NCBI RefSeq assembly: GCF_009914755.1
Contig: NC_060930.1
Direction: 5' to 3' (one strand)
From: the human T2T-CHM13v2.0 reference genome, Homo sapiens
DNA length: 64,000 bases
Shown here: one piece after another, positions 52,880 through 64,000 of the stretch
Numbering within the stretch: position 1 is the first letter of the stretch
How the letters are laid out: each line of letters opens with the position of its first letter
Position numbers and translations under genes: made by a program
Notes under the pieces: generated by a model
Databases searched by the model: none
Seen by the model: only the letters and a program-made list of their open reading frames with translations
What the model was told of the DNA's origin: nothing

Positions 52880-54438
52880 AATCACTCAATTTTGTTTTTC
52901 ATTTTCAAACTTCTTTGGCTGCCATAGCATTTTCAATGAGTTTCAGAATCAAATTGTCCATTTCTATAAAAACACAATGTAGGATTTTCACTGGGGTTGT
53001 GTTTAATCTGTAGATCATTTTAGGACAAACTGACATCTTAATAAGATTGAATATTCTGAACCATAAATCACCTTGCTAAACTCACTTATTAATCCCAGTA
53101 AATTTTGTTTGCAGATGTCATCAGATATATAGGCAATCATGTCGTCTCTGGATAAAGACAGCTTTATTCCTTCCTTTCCTATCTGCATACCTTCTGTTTT
53201 TTTTATTTTTTTCTTCCTTATTTTACTGGCTAGAACCTTCAGTACAAAGTTGAATAGAAGTAGTGAAAGCACATAGTCCTCTCTTTTTCCTGATCTTAAG
53301 GGGAAAGTTTTCAGACTTTCACCAATATGTGTGATGTTAACTATGTTTTTCATAAACATCTTTTATCAGTTCTATCATGTCTAGAAAATTTCATTATATT
53401 TATATTTTGCTGAGAGTTTATAACAGAAATGTATCTTGGATTTTATCAATTAATTTTTCTGTTTCTATTACGTTAATCACATAATTTTACTTTTTTTCGT
53501 TCTTGAGTTTGTTAATATGATTAATTATACAGATTGATTTTATATGCTTTGGTCATAATTATCTTTCTTCTGTATTATTTCATTGAATTTACCATATATT
53601 TTTTAATTTTGGCATACATATTTGTGACATATATTGACTTGTACTTTTCCTTTTAATGTCTGTCTGTTTAATATCAGGGTAATTTAGACCTTATACAGTC
53701 AGTTGGAAAGTATTCTCTTCAGTCACTGGAAAAATTGGTGTAGAATTATTATTTTGTACTGAAACGTTAGTAGGAATTTCCTAGTAATTTTCTTTGTGGG
53801 AAGGTATTTGACTACAAATTTAATTACTTTAACATACATACTTATAGCAGTAACATATACTACAAAATACTATCTAATGGTATATAATGGCATGTATGTA
53901 TTCACCTTTATGAATACATAATATATACATAACATATATATGTAATTATCTACTATAATATTTGAGATATACTATAATATTTGAGATATAATATTAGGTT
54001 ACATACTCCTTTTTTTTTTTTTGAGACAGAGTCTCACTCTGTCACCCAGGCTGGAGTGTTCACTGCAACCTCTGCCTTTCGGGTTCAAGAGATTCTCCTG
54101 CCTCAGTCTCCTGAGTAACTGTGATTACAGGTATCCGCCACCAAGCCCGGCTAATTTTTTTTTTTTTTTTTTTTTTTTTTTGTATTTTTAGTAGAGATGG
54201 GGTTTCACCATGTTGGCTGAGCTGGTCTCAAACTCCTGACCTCAAGTGCTCTGCCCACCTTGGCCTCCCAAAGTGCTGGAATTACAGACATGAGCCACCG
54301 TGCTTGGCCTAGGTTACCTATTCTTCTTGAGTGAACCATGATAGATTGTGCCTTTCAAAGAATTGTCCATTTGATTCATGTTGCCACATTTATAAGGTAT
54401 TAATTACTTTAAAATCATTTTAATATCTGTAGAGTCTA
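52880..54438 (-). mobile_element. L1M ORF2 (RT region)
   Basis: ORF 53015-53359 FPLRSG..LLFNFVLKVLA..IGKEGIKLSLSRDDMI. Confidence 0.88.
54011..54309 (-). mobile_element. AluS with a short deletion and an expanded central poly-T
   Basis: TSD taggttac(a/c)ta on both flanks. Confidence 0.93.
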
Positions 54439-54440
54439 TT

Positions 54441-55463
54441 GTGGTTTGCTGCACTTATCAACCGTAATCTAGGTTTTAAGCCCCACATGCATTAGGTATC
54501 TGTCCTAATGCTATCCCTCGCCTTGCCCCCCAGTCCCCGATGGGTCCCGGTGTGTGTTGTTTCCCTCCCTGGTCCATGTGTTATCATTGTTCAACTCCCA
54601 CTTATGAGTGAGAACATGTGGTGTTTGGTTTTTCTGTTCCTGTGTTAGTTTGCTGAGGATGATGGTTTCCAACTTCATGCATGTCCCTGCAAAAGACATG
54701 ATCTCATTCCTTTTTATGGCTGCATAGTATTCCATGGTATATATGTACCACATTTTCTTTATCCAGCCTACCATTGATGGGCATTTGGGTTGATTCAATG
54801 CTTTTGTTATTGTAAATAGTGTTGCAATAAGCATATATGTGCATGTGTCTTTAAAGTAGAATGATTTCTATACCTTTGGGTATATACCCAGTAATGGGAT
54901 TGCTGGGTCAAATGGTATTTCTGGCTCTAGATCCTTGAGGAATCACCACACTGTCTTCCACAATGGTTGAACTAATTTACATTCTCATCAAAAGTGTAAA
55001 ATCATTCCTATTTCTCCACAGCCTCACCAGCATCTATTATTTCTTGACTTTTAGTAATCACCATTATGACTGGCATGAGATGGTATCTCTTTGTGTTTTT
55101 GATTTGCATTTATCTGATGATCAATGATGTTAAGCTTGTTTTCATATGTTTGTTAACTGCATAAATGTCTTCTTTTGAGAAGTGTCTGTTCATATCCTTT
55201 GCACACTTTTTGATGGGGTTGTTTTTTCTTGTAAATTTGTTTAAGTTCCTTGTAAATTGTGGATATTAGACCTTTGTAAGATGGGTAGATTGCAAACATT
55301 TTCTCCCATTCTATAGATTGCCTGTTCACTTTGATGATAGTTTCTTTTGCTGTGCAGAAGCTCTTTAGTTTAACTAGATCTCATGTGGCATTTTCCTCAT
55401 AAAGATTTTGCCCATGCCTATGTCCTGAATGGTACTGCCTAGGTTTTCTTCTAGAGTTTTGTA
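54441..55463 (-). mobile_element. L1PA7/8 3' region lacking its tail
   Basis: ORF 54511-54834 is the ORF2 C-terminus; ctaggttttaagccccacatgcattagg. Confidence 0.93.
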
Positions 55464-56689
55464 GTTTTGGGTTTTACATTTAAATGACTTAGATATTCTA
55501 ATTCTGAAGATATTTTAAAGTGGTAAAAAATGGATAGAGGAATAAAGTTCACACATGAAACCCAAAAGGCAAGTGTCTTAGTTGCTTGTATAAAAAATTC
55601 AGACTCATATAAAACATGCAAGGAGTAATTAAGTTTCTAAGTCTGGAAATCTCAATCATTTTGGAATTAAATTTTTATACATTGTCAGACCTTAATTTTG
55701 ATTATGGTCTTTCAGTTCTATTTTGTATATCTTATATTGTGTTTCCTAACTTCTGTATTTCTTAGTATGTGAACTCCATTAGTATTAAAACAAATAGTTC
55801 AACTTTTTATAATATTAAAATGCAATATTATTGCCTATTAAACCTGTTCACAGTAGAATTATAAAAGCATTTATTTAAAGTTTTACAATTTTACCTGAAA
55901 GCATACATCTAAAATTTTAAGTATATTAATGTAAAAGAAATATGAACAAAGTAATTTCATATTTGACTGGACATGTTGTGATTAGCAAGTAATATATTGC
56001 TGTAAGGGCATTAAATCCTGCAGATAAGAAAGGAAATATTAAATGGAAAACTTATGAATGAACAGTGCATAAATCTGGCTCTCAATCTTGTTTATATGTA
56101 GATTATCATAGACTATTTGATGAAGATAGTCAATTATTTTTGAATTTTTTGACCAAAACAATATTCTCAGTATACTAAATAGGTTTACTTTATATTGTAT
56201 TTATCTTTGTTACAACAAATAAGAAAATGAAAGAATATCCTTAAAATGAAAATAGACTAATAACTTTAGAATAAAATATGAACTTACATTACATTTCACA
56301 GGCTATTCAACTATCAAGAGACAGATTCAAAAGAAAGATTTCAGTCATGTGATTGAGAATCCTTATTCAAAGGATGAGAATGTCATTATTAAGAGGTTAT
56401 ATAACTGCAGAACAATAGCTATAAGGTAGTATAGCAAGAATGCAAAACTCTCAGATATGGGAGTTTTTCAATGAGGGTTAAATGGTAAGGACAGCACTTA
56501 ATGAGAATTCTATGCCACAGGACTCACAGAATGTAGAAAACCAGTCAACCTCACAGATATGGCTACAGTGAAAAGTCAAGTTTCATTGAAGATACTGTAC
56601 AGAATGCATTCCATTAATAAATTGATTATATAAGGTGTCTGTTTCAGGGAATAGGTTTTTCATAGGCCATTAAAAAAAAGTAAGAGACT

Positions 56690-56940
56690 CTTTTACTTGT
56701 TATGTTAATACTTATAAATTAATGAATAAACATACCAATAAATATCTCATTTAATTCTTAAACATCACTCTAAAGAAAGTATTATTACACCATCTAAACT
56801 TCAAAAATGAGAAAACTGGGTCTTAAGGATTTTTGCTAAGTAACCTATCAAAGTTTGCATAACTAGTATGGGCAGAATCCAAAAGTCACACTTGGGCAAT
56901 GTGATTTTAAAGTGTTTTTATAAAGTATGTGCTGTGCTGC
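56690..56940 (-). mobile_element. MIR
   Basis: tctcatttaattctta..aatgagaaaactgg. Confidence 0.65.
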
Positions 56941-57168
56941 TTCAGCATCTGAGGTATGGAATAACCAATAAACCTTGGACTTTTTCTAAACATCCCACTT
57001 CTACCAATGTAACCTAAGATCATATTAGCACTACTGACAACACAATTACACTATTCACACAAACGAAGCATAAAATAAATCAAGCATTCCTGTATCTTTT
57101 TCTTTTTCATATGAAACTAAAATACGTTTTTCTGACAACAATCTGTTCTGAAAATTATTCTGTAATCA

Positions 57169-57642
<474 letters not shown>

Positions 57643-60044
57643 TTAGCAACTATGGTAGGCTTTTTCCTAATTAAGCAGTTTTGCATTTATCTTCTGGGTC
57701 ACATATAGAATAGAGAAAGGGAGAGTTCATTCCAGAGGATAAATGCACAAGCAAAGGGCTCCAGGTCATACAGGCACCTGTACCCAAGGATTTACAATGG
57801 GAAATTAGCAATGACAGGAAATTGTCTATTTCTTTAAAACTAAGTACGTCAAAGGGTCTTTCTGTGCCAATTGTTCCTGATAATACTAAAATTAAAATAG
57901 TAAGTATACCTGTAGAGTCATGTACTATACAAATGTAAAATTTTATTATTATATTAGGGAGTGCCTGCTCTTAATTATTAAAAGGTTATAACTGAATATG
58001 AAGTAAAGAAGCCTTGATGATATCCTAATCTTGTTACATTACTAGAATGAATCTACTTTTGGCATGAAATAAATCATCTTTTCCAGGTTAAACGACATAA
58101 TTTTTATGGACAGAGGTGAATTAACAAAACAGGATTCTATCTTTATGTTATAAAATTCACTAGCATCTTTGTGCCCTAATTCACAGATGGCTTTTTAGCC
58201 TGTTGGCATCATTAAATAAATAAATGAATACATGTAAATAAATAAACAATCTCAATTTTATGCAAGTTGTCTTAATTCTTTCAACAAGTACTTATTCTTT
58301 AACATCTACTGTATGCCCACTCATCCATGTTAAGGGCACTTAAGTAATTTATAAAACTAGTGGATGCCTTGTATTAAATTATTTACAATCATCCACAAGT
58401 CAGTTGCTGAATATATTTCTGAAGCCAACCTAACCAACTAGAGTATTCTGCTGAGCCCGAAAAAGAGCAAAGTCCTCTATTCAAAACAGAATTAAGTTAT
58501 GCACTATCACTATACAATTCAGTCAAAAAGTCTTGATATATATTTTCCCAACCAGAAAACATGTGAAAATGAGTTTGACTCTTTTCCCCTAACATTATGC
58601 AAATTTGAAAGGAAATGCAGTTATCTTTCATGTCATATTGATTATTTTTGGCTTTCACTGACTCTAACAAGGTAGACCAATGTGGTATTTTACACCTTGC
58701 TAGAAAGAGCTTCTGCAAAACATGTTATTATTAGCTTCATCTGCAATTATAATGTCAACACCACATTTTGCCAGAATAGAAAGGGAGGCCAAGAAAAACA
58801 GAAACCATAAATGAGAAACAGCTTGGTCATGGATTCAGGTGCCAGCAATTTATTTAGTTTATTGGATTCAGGTTGCATCCCTGCTTTGTGAATAATTTCA
58901 TTTTTCTTAAATACCCTTTATAAATGAACTGTTTGTTTAAAAAGATTTTAAGTTTGGGAAATTCATTTTTAACAACTAATTAACAGATTTTGAGTACTCA
59001 TTACTATCTAAAATATTGTTTATGTTTTTCTCATTTTTCTTCCAATACCCTCTATAAATATGTAATCATTGTTGGTATCCCCCAATTATGATATTGAGGA
59101 AATTCCTTAATTTCTTTGTGCCTAGTGACCCTTAGTCAGTTGGTAATGAATGAATTTTGTCAAGCTGTATGAAATCCCTATCAAACACTTTGTACTCAAC
59201 AACACAGGGCCTGTGGTCCACAGCAGTGATAATTCCTTCAGGTTAATTCAGTATTTGGAATTTGTGGGACAAGTTCTAGGAGTTATTATTTATGATATAT
59301 AGAAACACAGTTAAACTTTCAATTCTTTTGCCTTTCAAGTAAAAAAGGCAGATATATAACATATTTAAAGTATGTGAATTTGATCACAGTAAGGTAATAA
59401 GGGACATTCCTCAAAGAATAATTTACTTTAGATTTCTTTCCCCTCCAATGAATAATGGCTAACTACTTACTCATCTACCTGACAGGGGTAGCTCTATTGT
59501 GAGAGAAACAATACTTATACAGTGTGCTTAGCATAAATAAATGGTAGCAGTAACAGCTTTAGTAGTTTTTGTTATCATTGCAGTTGTGTTGTTATAGCTA
59601 CATTTTTGAACATGTATTTTATTTAACTTGTTAATCAAAAAAACAGTAAAATATTACAACTGGTTCCTGTTCTATTTTCAATTGGCCATCTTCCAGAGTT
59701 TCACCATCTCTCCATTTCTACCACTAGATTTAAAGTCTTGGCTGATTGCCAACCTATTTTTTATTCTTTTTAGCCTTTGACAATACCTTTGCTTTTTTTA
59801 ATTTTTATTTTTATTTTTGGCAAGGGCTTAGGAGGGGGAACTCTATTCCATAATCCATATGGTTCTTACTAAAGTATAAAATTCTTCTCTACTTAATTTT
59901 GAAAAATCTGACAACTGTATCTCAGATACAGACTTTTTATATTTCAATTGTCACATGAAGAACAAATATTATTCTTCAGTGGACCCTATAATTTAGACTC
60001 CTACTAGCCATCTCACTCAAGGAAGAGCCATTCACCTGTATAAG

Positions 60045-60507
60045 TGACACAGGGCAGGCAAGCCCAAAACTTGGGGCTTATCCTGGGAGGGTTTTTGACT
60101 TCACCCAGGAAAGAATTCAATGGCAAGCTGGTGGTGTCAGATAGCAACTTTAATTGAAGCAGCCATGTACAGCAACAGCAGCAGAGGCACTGTTCCTTGC
60201 AAAGCAGGGATACCCGATTGGCAGTGTGTCCAGAGTAGCAGCTGAAAGGCAGTTCTGCTGTCATATTTATACCTACTTTTAGGTGCATGCAAACTAAGGG
60301 GCAGATTATACAGAAATTTCCTGATTGTTGCCACGGAAAGGGGCAGTAACTTCCAGGTGTTGCCACGGCAATGGTAGACTGACATGGCACACTAGTGGGC
60401 ATATCTTATGGAAAGCTGCTTCCACCCCTTCCCCATTAATAGACAGTCCTCAATTTGGTCAGGTGTCTAAGCCCTGCCTGCAGAGTTGTGTCCCACCTCC
60501 TACCTCA
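60045..60507 (-). mobile_element. MER66-like ERV1 solo LTR
   Basis: tgacacagggcagg..tcccacctcctacctca; perfect 4-bp TSD taag. Confidence 0.88.
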
Positions 60508-61149
60508 TAAGATTTTCTAGGTCCAGTCTTGATAAGTTCTGCTTCTCTGTTTTCCCACCAGTATGAGATTATTGAGATTATTGAGATTCTGTCATAGTCA
60601 TGATAGACTCATGAGTGCAAGGATAAAGAAGGACCAGCAGGCAGGTTCACTGTTCTGAGTTACTTGTTCTTCTGGGTTTTTATTCAAGAGTTATATATGT
60701 ATGGTATCATAGTAAGCCACAAACTAAATGCCTTCCCATGCTTATAATAAAAAGAAAGATACATACAAGCTTGTAAGTGAGCATAAATCTTTGTCATCTT
60801 TATCCAACCAACCCACAGAAATTGAACAGAACTCTTCGTTTAGGTTAACCAAAAACTGGGCAGTATAAATTTTTTCTCATATTTCAGAATTGAATTAATT
60901 AAATTGGAAATAAAAGAAATAAAACTCCACAGCAAAATATGTGGTCATTGTAACACCAGCAACAAAGAAAGAAAATGGAAGGACAGTGGAACCAAGTGGG
61001 ATGTACACCTTGCTTGTTCACACATTTGCCTTCCAACACCCTCCCCTTGTTGTGGTTATTAATATGGGCCCAGGGACAACTTGAAAGAGCTATATGCAAT
61101 TAAACTTACAAAATATTTTAATATTTGATTGAATTTATTATTTCTCCAA

Positions 61150-61550
61150 AATTTTTTAGGATGCCTAAATGACCTGTCATGTCTGTCTATTGCTTATATC
61201 CCTAGCCTGATTTTATACCAATTTCCTGTTGCCCTGCCTGCTCCTTACCCTTAATGATAGCATGGTAAGTGTTCTTAAGTTCCTCAAAAGTGTCACCAAA
61301 TTTTCCTCCTCAGAGTCTTTGCATGAAATGTTCATTCCCCAGCTCTTCACCTAACAAAATTATACTTTGGATCTCGACTTAAATGTGATCTCCACAAAGA
61401 GGCCTTCTCTAATGCCCATTCTAAATTCCCTCCCCAAATCTAGTTTTGCTTTGTTTTGCTTTCATAATGTTTATCAGTTTTTATCTCTGCATAGATTTGG
61501 GCGACAATGTTTTTACTATCATTCCTTTAGTGTTTATCCCAGTGAACTGA
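61150..61550 (+). mobile_element. L2 fragment
   Basis: ctcagagtctttgcat..cttaaatgtgatctccacaaagaggccttctcta. Confidence 0.7.
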
Positions 61551-61569
61551 ACTTGATTAACAATGAGAA

Positions 61570-61985
61570 AACACATTAGCTCACTTGAGAGCAAATCCAG
61601 AGGTAGGTCGGACTTCGGTTGTTTGATTTAGGGGTAAATGAGATTGTACAATGGCTGCCAGTAACTTTATATCTCCTTGCTCATATTTAGCCACAGGGAG
61701 AGAGCTGGGTTCACTGACTTAAGGCCTGAGCAAAACATTCCTAAAAGCAAAACTAATCTCACATTTCACTGGACAACATTGGATCTCAAGATTATACTTG
61801 AGCTGATCACTGACCAGGCAGATGCAGTTTCCAAGGCTCTGACCCATCCTTGAAGCTGAGTTTGTGAAGATTTCTCTGAGGCATAGATGGTGTGGGAAAG
61901 AGATAGATACATAAACCAAGTCAGCATTCTGTTAGAAAGAATAAAAAGGAAATCAATGCTGGGTAAACAATTGCAATAACACCAT
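61570..61985 (-). mobile_element. Old MLT1 LTR
   Basis: tccagaggtagg..acttc; tctcacatttcactgg; ctgatcactgaccagg. Confidence 0.55.
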
Positions 61986-62267
61986 ATTATTATGTACAAA
62001 GAACCTGTTTATCTTGTTTGAACTGTGTAATGTTGTCATCAGCTTTGTTTTTAATGTTTTTAAATGCTGTGATTCCATTATTTACTATTCAAGTTAAATT
62101 AACAAATGTCATTTCTACTACCTTACAGGATGAGAATTTAGATGAATTTAGATGCATATTTATATGTAGCCAGAAGCATATTTCCCATCAAAACTGACTA
62201 CAAAACTCATTTTCTAAATCTATGTCCTTCCCAAGAAGGTTAAACATAAATAATGCCTGATGCTATC

Positions 62268-62635
62268 CATCTTTGACAGGACAGGCCACTATAACAAAAA
62301 TACTATAGTCTTGGTGGCTTAAACAAGAGACATTTATTTCTCACACATCTGGAAGCAGAGAAGTCCCAGGTCTAGGCTCCAGAAGAGTCTATATCTGGTG
62401 AGGGCCTGCTTCCTGGCTTGTAGACAGCATCCTTTTTAACATATACTCATGTGGCCAAGACAGAAATAATTTCTCTCATATTTCTTTGTATAAAGGCACT
62501 AATCCTATTCATGAAGGTGCCACTCTCACGACCTAATCACCTCCCACAGGCCCCACCTCTTAAAACCACCACAATGGGGATTAGGCTACAACATATGAAT
62601 TTTGGGTGGGGGATACAAACATGCAGTCTATAGCA
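62268..62635 (-). mobile_element. MLT1A/MSTD-like solo LTR
   Basis: tctggtgagggcctgcttcctggcttgtagacagc..cagtctatagca; TSD ctatc. Confidence 0.9.
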
Positions 62636-63312
62636 CTATCTATTAAGAAAGCTGTTTTAATTCTTTACTCTGAAAAATTTCAGTTTACCAAGTAATTAGG
62701 AGAATTGTAAATAAATTCTAGAAGAAGAAATTGGAAAGCATAATGTCAAATCATGTAATATTTCACTTAAAACACCCTTAGTTCTATACAGGATTTATGT
62801 AGCCACATTATGTCTAAGATACTTAACTATAGACCAGTAAGATCATGTGGATTTCGGATAGAGAGGTGCAAGACAAAAAAAAAAAAGTGCATAGCTGCAC
62901 CTCTCCAGGTGTGCTCCAAGGTCACAGAAGCACAAAAGTCAAAACTGCATCTGAGGATCTATTCACAAAAGTCAATATAGCACTGCAGAGAGATCTGCAG
63001 GAGGTTGGCTTGTAACAAAACATTCAAAGCTCAAAGCCTGATCTCACGGTCACCCCAATTCCAGAAGTCTGAGCTGTCTTTATAGCTCAGATTGTAGTGA
63101 GAAGAAAAGCTATCCTAGAGTGATAATTAAAACTAAATTGAAATACTTTGTGAGTTCTTCTCTAAAAGAACTCTATTAAAACATCTATTACCAATGTAGA
63201 ATGCATTTGTATTTGCAGAAGTTAGTGGAGATGAGTCAAAGTGTCTATTCTACATGTATTTTACATCAGCAAGTTCAAAGAAATACAATGAATCTACTTT
63301 GTAGCCAGGCTT

Positions 63313-63395
63313 ATACACACATGCATGCAAAGATACACACACGCATAGATACACACACACATACATACACAAGTAAGTACACACACATACACATA
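63313..63395. repeat. Degenerate (CA)n
   Basis: Directly visible. Confidence 0.85.
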
Positions 63396-64000
63396 CTTGA
63401 ACTTAGATTTATTGCAGGAAAAAATGGAAAATCATTTTATAGTCAGCATATCGTTATTATTTCCAGAAATATGCATTAAATCACGGTCTAATGTAATCCA
63501 GAGTAATTTTAGTTGTTACCATTTCTGTTGTGTGTCTACTCTATACCTGGCATTTACATTATCCAAAGGCTACCATGCTAAGACTGTGCAGTTTTGGGAC
63601 TGTTCACAAGTGACCAGCCACAAAGGCAGGGAAACCTACATAGTCTAGCTAGGGTTATGCTCTTTACAGCAGGATGCATCTATCCCAAAGTGGTACCTTT
63701 TTCTAATTCATCCACCAAAAGAGGATGCTTTTTTTTTTTGCTAATCTGCACAAAATTGCTGCACATGCTAACAGTTGTGCTGGCATTATCTATTATTCCT
63801 GGCAACGAATCCTACAATGTAGATGTTATGAATTCCATGTAACCTAAAACATTCTGACATGGATTATTCTTTAAGTAGTCAAGTAAAACAATATGAGCCT
63901 ATCCCATCCTCCTAATTGTGAAAACTCAAGAGGCCTCAATATGTATTTGGATTCCGGTATTCAGCTGATGTGATAATCTCTTGGTTAGAATTTTGTGTAT

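Noticed and set aside
62861-62905. 10-bp inverted repeat gagaggtgca/tgcacctctc as a terminator or pre-miRNA
   Set aside because: One or two such stems are expected by chance in 64 kb, and the stem is too short for a pre-miRNA.

Overview
Primate (human-like) AT-rich, CpG-depleted genomic DNA, most likely intergenic or deep intronic. I recognise no protein-coding host gene, tRNA, rRNA or CRISPR array. The window is dominated by transposon fossils: L1s from ancient L1M to young L1PA3, about ten Alus, MaLR/ERVL/ERV1 LTRs, an ERVL (ERV3-16A3-like) pol remnant, Tigger and hAT DNA transposons, and MIR, L2 and CR1 relics. Every ORF I could recognise is TE-derived. I found no convincing novel biological system. 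The best leads are: a possible THE1-LTR-driven minus-strand spliced lncRNA, a few candidate exons, an Alu-L1 composite bounded by one apparent TSD, a four-level nested insertion, and an RT-deleting junction in a near-full-length L1. Subfamily names come from recalled consensus sequences, and boundaries without a TSD are approximate. RepeatMasker/Dfam is needed to confirm both.
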